A stretch of DNA of 64,000 nucleotides from NCBI GenBank assembly GCA_032718475.1, contig JAUCBJ010000187.1, positions 62,001 to 126,000 of the forward strand, written 5' to 3'. Below, piece after piece: positions 19,342 through 30,466 of this stretch. The notes under the pieces were generated by a model. It saw nothing but the letters and a program-made list of their open reading frames with translations, was not told the origin of the DNA and did not search any database. The stretch's first letter is position 1; each line of letters begins with the position of its first letter. Source of the stretch: Nemertoderma westbladi. Its lineage: Eukaryota > Animalia > Xenacoelomorpha. The translations under genes and the position numbers were made by a program.

Positions 19342-21844
19342 GGTGCGATTTCGTTCATTAGTTATATCTAAATCTCAGTCTATATCTCAATCATTCGTGC
19401 TTTAGATTATCTTTATTAGTTATCTATTAGTTTTTTGTTACGTTTATGTATATCTTCTGTAATAAAGTCAGAATTATCGCTAATCTGCCCTTTTTCTATC
19501 TGTTCTACTATGCTTCACCACGGTGAACTCAACTGAGGGACAGGATGGCTGGCTAAACATCGGGCCACAGCAATGAACGGGAACATCTAAGGAATGTAGA
19601 CAGGAGACAACCCGCAATATCACTCTTAGTTATTCGCCCATCGCCTGAAAGGTTAGACAGCGTTCGATGCCTTGCTACCTAAGTATAAGACCAAAGATCG
19701 AAGGTAGAGGTAGTGACACGCTGTACGCCTAAAATTACATCTAGGGACTGTACTGTTTTAATTCAGGAAAAAACCGCAGTAGACCTTCATATTCCTACGG
19801 GGGAGAGCAGGCAGAGATACTAGTACGCAGATAGGACGTAGGCACACCGGTACAAAGCATACACATTGGTAGGGTGCAGCAAACTGTACGCCTAACTCTT
19901 GCTAAGTACAGGTGCGTCTGTGACTATTTGTAGTACAACGGTGTCCATTGCATTAGAACTTGTAGGCCAGGAGGGTTACTGTGTTTCACCTGAATTAGGA
20001 TTGTACCGTTCAGGCGGTAGGGCAGTTTACGACTAGGCGCAAATAAATTGAGGCTATTTAGGGATACTAACATCTACCGTGTCCCCGCCGACATCCTGAT
20101 AGGAAGTTACCAAGCCCACCTAGGTAACCAAAATTCTAGATAGGACGCCAGGCTAGCTATTAGTACCCGTACGCCTACTGTAGTAAACTAACACATTTCT
20201 TCTTAGTATTAGGGACCTGGTAAATTAAAATTGCCGAATTCTGGGCGTAGCATTAATCTTATGCCTGAATTTGAGTCCTGGAAATACGCAAGAGGGGAAG
20301 GAGCCTTATCATTCGTGAGTATTGGACCTACAAGTTACAAAATTAGAATATTCGTAAAATGCACACCGTACCCAGTAATTATATATATGAAGGAGCAAAA
20401 CTGATCTTGACGGTTCAGAATTAACACAGGCGCGTTGGAAATTATTTACACCTCAAAATATATAAAATTAACTTTGTCCGTACTGCACTTTGCCCGCTAG
20501 TTAGACATCTCCAGATCTCTGCACCTAGCTAGCGTCCTTTTCGCCCAACCGCGGCAAAGTATACGAGCCCCTTAGTCCGTCAGTGAGTCAGCCTGATTTT
20601 AGGATTCGCTGCGCGGGATTTTGTTTTATCGAAGTTTGTCCGTTCGTAGACTGTTTTCTGCCTCACCGGTTATAAGAGACCGATACTGCAATATATTCGC
20701 CTACTTGGAGTTTACTGTTTTGGTGAGAAGGTCGGATTTATGATTTGATTCACAAACTTTATAGTATGATATTGCAGGATTCGTGTATTTGTTACTGTCT
20801 CTTCATTTAAATATTTATAAAAATCTATCAAAACAAATGTTATAATAGAGTCAATGCATACAAATAAACTCTAAGGAGTTTGTAAACCAAGAAAATCTAT
20901 AAATTAAAATCTGTTAAAATTTAGATTCTAGTCGATTAAGATATCGTAGCACTTACCGATACTCTTAAAAGGACAAATTTCCTAGAATCAAGGATTCCAG
21001 TCCCCAGACATGCTCTGGAATAAAATTGTGCCTATTTAATATTAAATAATAAAATTTACGGGAATAATTTTAAATTCATATCCTCTCATGAATTTGATAA
21101 ATTGTCATTTTATACAATTTATAACATTCTCAAAATTCCATTAATTAATAGATCATGGGAGCAGAGATTCACCCTATTAAGTATATTAGTGTGAGAGAAT
21201 CTCCAATATATAGTCAATAGCCGATAAAATTCATAACATCATGTATAAAGGGGAATATTGACAATTAAAGAATTACTATTAAATAGCATCCCAGATCTGT
21301 ATGCATGCGAATTACCCTAATTCTACTGCTAGCTTTCCATAATGTCACCATAGCAACAACCAGCTAGAATTAGAAGCGAGTTTAAAGAACAATAGAAAGC
21401 TTGCCCCATTGAATAGCATACGGAATAAATAGCACACTGTTAGTATCCAGGGATACATAATAATATCGTGGCATTCTGGAAGGCACTTGACTAACGGACA
21501 AATGGCCCGAATATGTACAATTTGTGACAGTTGTGTGGAATTTGTGCGTTTATAGGTGAATTTTGCTACTAAAGTGTGTTTACAGTAGCAAGTCGCAGTT
21601 GTAAAAGTAGCCCTACCTCTGCAGTAAGAACCTGAAGTAAATCTAAGCCCTTGGGATGGACAGTGGAGTGACTCGCGCTGGTTATTGTTGTCGTTGTGTA
21701 GCTACTACGTTGGCGATAGGCACCGCGACAAGAGTACATCGGCGCTGAGGATCTTGCACTGTCCGGGGGCATTGAGGGGTAGGCAGCGACGCCTGCTAGC
21801 CTAATTATAATTAATTATAATATCGATAAACTCATATAGCAGCT

Positions 21845-24496
21845 ATGACTGAGTTGATAGAAGATGATCTTGGTATCAGGGAGCGATATACCCTACCGTT
21901 GCAAGCGTTTGTTGATAGCTTAATACGCAGCAACACTAGTCCAACTACTACGGAGGATGATGGCCGTTATATCGAACCGCCAATATCCAAGGAACAACTC
22001 ACGCGTGAATTGGACTATATAAAATTCACCACTCGCTATACGCATCATAATGGTACGTATATGGACTTCTTAACTACTGGCCATCCTATCGATTTACACG
22101 ATACGGACGATGTAGACACCGAAAGGGAAATGGTTCTATTTAAATATCATACCCAGCGGAGTTGGAACGATAAACCAAGAATCGAACACGAGAATTCTAT
22201 TCGAAACCGAATCGAAAGAGAAGACGTTGAAGAGCCGGATAAACGCAGCGACTTCAACGAATATCTGAAATTCTTGAGAGAAACATATCTCAATATTGCC
22301 AGCCAACAAAATCTAGAAACTCGATATCCTCAAGGTATACATCATGACCCTATGATAGAACTCAAATGGCTCTATTTCACTATGATGTATCTTACCGCCG
22401 ACCGACCGCTACCTGTTGTCCCGGATAGCTTCGAACAGATGGAGGAATATTGTAAAACTGGAGAACGATCACCCGCGTTTCCCCTACAGGACGTGTGTCT
22501 TTGGTATTATTGCGATGAATGCCCTAGACCCAACCAACAAACGGAAAGACATAGACAATTTGAACTCACGCAGCGTTACGTCACCGACACCGAGTGCAAA
22601 CCGGCCATGGGTATCGATGGATCGATGTTACCCCAGCCCGTGCTCGAGATGTTGTTTAACGAAAGAATCCTTAAAATCGGCTCAGCTGTTTATGGAGATC
22701 TCCAAAACGACTTTAGGAACATGGAGAATATCCCATATCCTTTCGTAGATACCCAGCTGATTGCTCCCTGGGCAGAAGGCCGAGGTTTCTTCTGAACTAT
22801 GTATGCCAATACACCCAGCGGCATCAATAAAGTACAACGAACCTCCATCGGACATCTTGCCTTCCAAGAATACAGATGGAATTTCAAAGTCGGAAACCCT
22901 ATCAACTATCAACAAGTATATGGAGATCATTATTCTCGATTATACTTCAACGGACCATTGACCGCACCTGGCGTCGTGTATAGCTTCATGAGTGTTCCAC
23001 TTCGTCCCTCATTAGCTATATACACTATCTTCGAGAACGCCGCACTTGCCGGTTGGCTAGCCGATGTGTGCAGTCGTACTATACGCGCCCACCCCTTAAT
23101 ACTTGGAACCAAACTCGCCAAGCTAGATGAACACAATAAATTCATCCGCTTCGAATGCTTTAGGCGCTTTCTGACTCCGTTCCGTAACATTGATAGTCAG
23201 TTCAAGGACCGCGCTCTGACCAAGCTCAGCCTAAGAGACTCAGCTGCTGAGAAGTTAGACAGTGCTGGATTCGCCATTTTCAAGGACGTTTGTATACAGA
23301 ACTTACATTCCTCTGTTATACAAAGACCTCGAATCCTTACGGGTTATTCTATCGTGGAAGTTCAGACACTGGGTTCGCTTGAGGAGACAGCCACACCTAC
23401 CTCAGCTATGCAATTGGAAGACGAACCAATATGCTTAGAATCCGAGGAGATTCAGCCCACGGCGCCCCGGAGCAGTGACAACGACTACGTCTTGGAATGG
23501 TATCAAGGTCCACAATGTCTCACTGCGTACAATTATCGGCATGCCAATTATGTCTCTAGGAAACGTTGCCGATTGTGCGCATCTCGAGACCATTTCACCA
23601 CGGTGGACTCCAACGTACCCTGCTCCTACTTCCATGAACAGCCTGCGAAGGAGATCTATTGTGTGTATTGTAGACTCAATAACTTGCACATTTTCGCAGT
23701 CTGCCCCCAATTTATGACTCAATGGCATCATTGTCAGTTTAAAGGACATGCAAGTTTTGATTGCCCTTTCAACCGCGATCTGGAAAGCGTAGATAAAATG
23801 ATTACCCTACGCTACATCCGAGCCTGGGAAGCGAACGCAGATTTACATTGTGAGTCACGTCATCGCTATTACCCTGGATGTGCCTACGAAGGAGTTTATG
23901 AGTTCCACCCGTATCTATTCGCGTCCGTTGAACAAAAATCTCGCACACCGAGTTACGAACTAATGAAGCGTGTTGGCGAGAATATTTCGACCAAATTTGT
24001 TCGTAAATATCTCAGGAACATTAATCCCAATGATCTTAATTCCTATAACTTGATCAACTTCATCCGTCAAGATCCGGAATATGGTGACTTGTTCATCAAC
24101 TCGCATCCAGAACTACAGGAAGTTCATAGACGACCCTATGAATATAGAGCCCGAGAACGTGAGTTAGAAAGAACCATCAAACCAAGGAAATTTCTCACTA
24201 CTCACGGTCCACCTACCGCTCTCGTGCAAACGAATCGTCAGGGACCAGTAAGAGCTGCTGTCTTGAAACGCGCTCTGAAAGTTGTTCGACCTCGCTCCAC
24301 TGAGGTTGATATCGATCAACCGGGTACCTCGACCGGCGGATACACCGACCGTAACCCTAAACCTTCCGATGCAATTGTATTGCACCCTTCACCCAGGAGT
24401 TATAGCCCTCCTAGTAAAGTGGCTTTCCCCAAAGAGAAAAGGACTCTTGCTAGCCTCAAAAAACTGCGTAAACGCCGTTCGCGTAAGAAGGACTAA
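21845..24496 (+). CDS. Accessory ORF3 of family B (~883 codons, one in-frame TGA at 22793-22795)
   Basis: ORFs 21845-22795 and 22799-24496 share a frame; LADVCSRTIRAHPL, FRRFLTPF, AGFAIFKDV, Cys/His knuckles and WEANADLH align with family-A ORF3; ends KKLRKRRSRKKD. Confidence 0.8.
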
Positions 24497-24574
24497 CTGT
24501 TTAGAGTATTTTTATATTTTAGAAACTGTGATTTTTTATATTTTATAGAATTAAATCCCATTTTCTGGGAGCGG

Positions 24575-25708
24575 TGTAAAAGCTTTTGCGGATATAACAA
24601 GCCATTTTCTCCGCAATATACCGTGTAGGTATTTTAGCGGACATAACAAGCCATTTTCTCCACAATGTAACGTGTAGGGGCTTTAGCGGACATAACAAGC
24701 CATTTTCTGCCGCAATGCGCCTAATACTCTAAAAGACTGGAACTCATATGACGAAATCTGTCAGCTGATTTACTGTAAACGTGGCACATCTCTTTGTTCA
24801 GCTCGCTCAGCCAATCAGAGCGATTTTCATTTTATCTTGCACAGAGGCCTACGGAAAACCGCGCAATGCATTACGGATTTTGTTTACCTTTCTGAGCCTC
24901 AGAACATCGGCTTAGAAATTATTCTGTGCTTCTGTAGATGTTTCAGACTTTAGCCAAACATTAGACGGCTTTGATTATAAGAACGTAAATCTATTATCAA
25001 ATTAAACCAAACCATACCAAACTGCATTATTTTACTTCTGTTTACTGCCTGTTATTAATTGTTATATGTTGATGGATATGTTGTTATATTTGGAGAATAC
25101 CGATAAATAATCATAAAACCCCCAATCTTCTTGATTACTGAAGGTAAGAGGGACCGGTTACCTGTAGCAATTGCGACTTACATTATAGTGGTTTTAGTGT
25201 GAATTAAATGCTTTTTCATAATACCTACATGTGTCAGTTGGTATCCTCCTTATATATAATCAAATTCAGTGACGGTCGGCAGATCAGTGTGAAGTATTGT
25301 GAAGTCGTGTGCAGTAGGGTGACAGATAATAAAGCATCTCCTAAAGAATGCGCTATTTACGGAAATCATTAGCCATCTCGTTGTGTTTAGTGTAAGTCAT
25401 AACTCTGTTTTATACTTAAAGCACCACGTCCTAAAGGAACTGTTAATATTTCCCCGAAAGTGAATAATATTGTCAGAGATTATATAGTAACGATCAATCA
25501 AATAATACAGTAGGTCTGCAACGCAATAAATTTCAAAGCACCCGAATCCAGTCTCCCTTAACTGTGGGTGAATGATCGCGCATAGACTGGCTTCGGCTAA
25601 TGTTACTTCATGTGCACTAAATAATTGTTATAGGCTAAAGTCGATTTATAAACAAGAGGACACCTAAAATTGGCAGGTTAAACTGCTAAAGGTCTGAAAG
25701 CGCGAACA
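24575..25708 (+). repeat. 3' LTR of B (TGTAAAAGC...GCGCGAACA)
   Basis: TG...CA ends; termini match the element C LTRs. Confidence 0.85.
24588..24716 (+). repeat. Three 49-bp tandem units in U3 of LTR B
   Basis: GCGGA(T/C)ATAACAAGCCATTTTCT at 24588, 24637 and 24686. Confidence 0.85.
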
Positions 25709-27220
25709 TCACCCTTATTATACATTCAGTACTCCTAATATTCAGTTAGCGATTAGTTTGTATGGTCTAGGTCTAGTTTGTATGTCAGATTATGGCTATA
25801 TTTATCAGATATTGTAGCTGGTTAACTATTAATTATACAGTATTTGGTGCTGGTCTGAGCACTGAAATAGCAACGAGAGAACTCTCAACATGGTTTGTAT
25901 TACAACATACAGAACTGAGTTACCCAACCCCCTTTACAGTTTATTGACAGCACGACTGACTCATCCTCCCATAACTCCCTTTTGCATTTCCTTTTTAGAA
26001 CAACAACCGGCCGTCGGTTTGCTGAGTTGTCATCTCTCTAAACAATGCAGTTGTGAGCGGAATGATTTTCTCCGAATTGATGAATGATCTTCAAAATATC
26101 AACTAGAGGTGGAGGGGGGCATTGAGATATTATTAGTGTATAACTTTTACTATATTATTTTATTCATTAATGTTAAAATTAACGCAATTCACAAGGATAT
26201 TTAGACCATCGGTAAACTAATAACGATTTATTACATCGAAAAATAAATATCCTTTTTTTCCCGGTTACACAGATATATAAAATTAGCTCCAAGGTTTTAA
26301 TTACCTGTAGGGTTAGACAGACGAACCAACCATAACCAAAAATTTATTACATTCTGAATTTTTCCTGATATCACAATTTTGTATTGTACAGTAGGCTTAG
26401 GTATTGTTGCCACTTATAGTGTCAATATTGTGTGGTTTTTAGCGGGATAATAGGGTTATTGTAATTCGATAATCATTACCAACAAACTAAGGCTTGATCA
26501 TTATATGATATTTTTTCAAACTAACAAACTAATACAAATAGTTAATATGTTTGCAACGCATTTATATTATCCATGGAATCAATTTTATGTAATAATTAAT
26601 ATTTTAATTCAGTTATTTGAAACGACAAACATAATTTTTTTTATATTCCGCATATTATATTATATTAAAAATAGTATATAAAATTAAATATATAGCTGCA
26701 CCAACCCAACATCCCACCACCAATCAGAACAATATAATTAAGACAAACCAATTAAACATACAATTAAAAATGGTGCACCGTGGATTAATACCGGTCTGCG
26801 AGGTCATTCCCCCGCAGACCCGCACCATCTCCAAAGCCCAGCGCCCTCCAGGGACGCCGGCCACCACGCAGACAGAGGGAGTTAGAGCGGAGGAGCTCGA
26901 ACTGAAGCCGCCTCCGAACTCCCCCGAGAACGCAAGCCCGTTCGCTAGGCCACGTTCCCGCATCCCCTGCCGCCGGGCAACGAGGGTCTCAGCGAGGTGG
27001 CAGATGAAGATATCAGTCTCCTTGCACCACACCCCGTCGAATAATCAATTTATAACTTGTTTCAGGTGGAAACTATTTACGATTTTTACAATAATATAAA
27101 TTATTAGGGCATGTAATATATGCATAATTATTATTAATTATGTTCATCACTGTCCCAGCTGGCCCACAGTATTAATTAGAGCACGACCCGGCTTCATAAT
27201 TACATTTACGGGTACTGTGG

Positions 27221-29730
27221 TGTTAAAGCTTTTGCGGCAAAAATGTGTCGTTTTTGTGCAATACGCGAACTACTCTAAAACTGGCAGTATCTTGAGGGAT
27301 TTGAGAACTTATAAAACTTACGCCCTCTAGCGTTTATTTTGGTACAGAACTATAGTGACGAAATCACCAGCCATTGGCCAGTATTTTTCTTTGTCTCGTA
27401 GCCTCTATGTTCATTTCCCGGCCAATCAGCACAATTTTCACTTCACGATTTCTTGAGGCCTTGTTTAAATATGAATATGCGGCAGTGCGACAAAATTATT
27501 CATTCTGACTTTTGCCCAAGACCATCAGGGCTATCAAACACTGTCAATTACCGCTCGTACTCCTTTACTTTTTTGCTCTCTCGGTACTGACTCTAAAACT
27601 CTCACTGTTGTAACGGCAAACATCTGACTGTTGATTAAATGCCGGCACCGCATATTTTATACTGTTTTATACTGTTATTCATTGTTGTTTGGTAACATAT
27701 TTAATGGATGCTTATATTCCCAGTTAAACATGAACTTATGTTTCATATGTGGTATATATATGTTGTATGGAATAGGTGTGTCTGGAAATTGGGTTTTTAT
27801 GCTCATGTATGAATAGTACATGTCACGCATGCGGTGATACATACACTTAGAATGTGTGTATCGCCATTTATGGTATTTATATGTTGCACATATGAATTTA
27901 TCATAAATAAATGTTTGAGAATGCGCATGTGAATAATATATGTCAAGCATATGTGAAATGGCCATAGCCAAGACTCCATAAACTATTCAATTCGTAATTG
28001 TGTAAACCAGTTCATGGATTTTATATGTTGCACACATGTTTGCCTTATGGTAATACAGGCCTTACAGTAATACATGTGCAGAAAAGAATAGCGTGGGGGG
28101 ATGCGGAATTTGTTGATGTCACTACTCAGCTTTTTGCATTAAGAAGAAATATCGTTTTAATCAGCAGTATAATACGTTGAATCTATATTTTTTGTTATAC
28201 TGTATTTTCAAAGTACCGGCTATTTAACCATATAATGTATATATAATCAATACATAGGCCTGCTATAAGGTTTAAATGATCTGTGAAGGCTGTATGGACA
28301 CTAAATTGAAGTAACCATAGTCGATCGTCCAATTGTTTTCTTTATTGCATTTGAGGGCTGGTGGTGGGACACATTTTTCAAATGATAGGCATTTCATAGT
28401 CTGATCCTGCAATCATTCTTCTTAACCACGTCGTGTCGCTTGCAGTTTAGCTAGTGAATCGCAAAATATTTTAGATTTTACCCATAACAGCATAATGCGT
28501 TGCATAAGCCTACCGCTAATCATAGGCAACTCAATTGTTCAGTGATGCAGTGTGTGACTTGCCTGCTTTCTGCATTGCACTATGCACATTGTGCTGTGCA
28601 TTGTACACTGTACAGTGCTGTATTAACAGAATTAGACAAACATATGTATGGCTGTGTGGTGGTTTTCACTTGTCAGGTTGTGGTTGTGCATTGTCATCTG
28701 CGCTGCAGTTTTAATTGTCATCAGAAAGGGGTACAGACATAGACAGATAGCATACATGCACTATACCATCCGTAAGGTAGGCAGGCCTATTGCAGTTCTT
28801 ATCCCGTTAAAAAATTGAACATATGTTTCACATGTGGTATATATTATGTTGTATGGAAAAGATGTCTTAAAATTAGATATAAAATATCATATGAGCAATT
28901 ATATGATCTTAGAATTAATTAATTTTCGAAGATTTATCAAAATGAATAATCTATTATAGCTGGAAATTAGATAACTTAATTAAATCTAACTAATAGAATA
29001 CGAATTTACGGATCATAACCAAAATCTATTAAGGATACTCTCATATCACTATGGATTAAATATTTCATATATACTCCAATGCTTCCTTCTCTAAATGTAT
29101 AGAGTATGACGTGTACGTGTAGGGCCGTAGGATAGGGTGTAGGGATTGGATAGGATAAGGATAGGTAGGCTAACCCCCCCCCCACCTTTCTATAGGAAAT
29201 GCAGACCCACAAAAGTGATTGGTCGGTCTCAGTTTAAATTTTTACTCTTTTTGTCGCACTTGTCACATAAAAAACATACGTGTATCACATGTGAACATTC
29301 CACATATGGATCACATTTGACAACACTAACATTTACATATATGTATCACATGTCGAATTATTTATGGCAACCATATATGAAACACATACTCATGTTTAAC
29401 TGGGTTTGGAGAATACTTACGAATAATCGATAATTCCCCCTAACTTTCTTTATTATTGATGTAAGCAGCAGGGAACATTAGGAAAAATTGCTTGGCTCAA
29501 ATTACAGAGGTCTGTATGAATTTTATGCTATTTCATAACCCCAACGTAAGTGAGCTGAATTTCTCCTTATATATGAGTAAAATTGGTGACAGTCAGCAAA
29601 TTAGTGTGTTTCAGTACTATTGTCAGTAAAGTGAGTGCGAGCGAATAATTATACATTCCTATTGAATGTAAAAACTGTGATGTTTCATAACCCTCCGTTG
29701 TAATTAGTATAAGTCATAACTCTATCTGAT
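27221..29730 (+). repeat. Degenerate B-family LTR relic split by a DNA transposon
   Basis: Starts TGTTAAAGCTTTTGCGG; collinear patches (GCCAATCAG, TTTGGAGAATAC, CCTTATATAT, TAAGTCATAACTCT) match 24575-25414. Confidence 0.6.
27719..29404. mobile_element. Non-autonomous TIR DNA transposon, probably CMC/EnSpm-like
   Basis: TIRs CCCAGTTAAACATGA / TCATGTTTAACTGGG (~35 bp, imperfect); apparent 2-bp TT duplication; no transposase ORF. Confidence 0.7.
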
Positions 29731-29732
29731 AG

Positions 29733-30066
29733 CTTTTTGCTGGGCACAGCTTTTGCAAAGACGGCAATGACGTCGAGGTGGGATCGAACTGGTGACCTCC
29801 GGGTTGGAAGTTTAACGCTATAACCATTAGCTAGCGGCTCAGGTAAAAGATAGACCTGGAAATTCTGTCTGATACCTTGTATGTCCGCAATTTACCTCCT
29901 CATGGCCTCCCATCTGTCATACCATCATCTGCTGCCACTGTGCTCAACCCTACAGTACTTAGCCGTCTTTAACCACTCGCTACAATATACAGTAGATTGT
30001 ATATATAGATTGTATCCCACCTGGACGTCATTGCCGTCTTTGCAAAAGCTGTACTCAACAAAAAAG
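29733..30066. repeat. ~52-bp inverted repeat enclosing a tRNA-like sequence
   Basis: Arms 29733-29784 and 30014-30066 (CTTTTGCAAAGACGGCAATGACGTC..GGTGGGAT); minus-strand A/B-box-like sequence at ~29775-29840. Confidence 0.6.
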
Positions 30067-30466
30067 TCATAATGGTCGATTATGCTATACATACCACAAT
30101 GTAGCATATTGGCCAGTCTACCAGTCAATCAACACCAGACCCCAATAATTGCAGTTAAAAAGTTATTCATAATGTATTTAGTCCTAATTATGGTATTTTA
30201 GTTAACACAAATCACACAAATACGCTTCCACAATTGAGTATTGTCATTAGTAATTAGTCATTAATTTTAAATTATTTAAATTTTAAATCGAATAATTTGT
30301 CGTTAATTTAAATTGCTGTATATGCGGCCAGAATATACAACGTACAATTAACATAAGTACTGTAGGTTTTGTTGCTACAGTGCACTTGTAGTCTAATACT
30401 AATACCTATGCTATATTAAATGGCTAATAAATAATTACACACTCAATCGTAACCTTCTACAAGACG

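Larger units (their letters stand above)
16269..20805 (+). mobile_element. BEL/Pao element A2 (3' part of an older family-A copy, interrupted by A1)
   Basis: Reverse complement of the A1 ORF3, 3' UTR, PPT and LTR; the ORF3 frame is open right up to the A1 junction at 16269. Confidence 0.9.
18916..20805 (+). repeat. 3' LTR of A2 (1890 bp, TATAG...CTTCA)
   Basis: Follows TGGAGCGG; homologous to the A1 LTRs. Confidence 0.9.
20806..25708 (+). mobile_element. BEL/Pao element B, 3' part (intergenic region, ORF3, PPT, 3' LTR)
   Basis: ~20905-24574 is homologous to the reverse complement of element C (42116-45850); GGGAGCGG precedes a TG...CA LTR. Confidence 0.85.

Noticed and set aside
1-20805. 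Giant TIR element or palindrome
   Set aside because: Explained by two LTR retrotransposon copies in opposite orientation, each with PPT and LTR ends
26724-27099. GC-rich island with short ORFs on both strands
   Set aside because: No recognisable domain or gene structure; it could be a transposon fragment or an exon but cannot be supported
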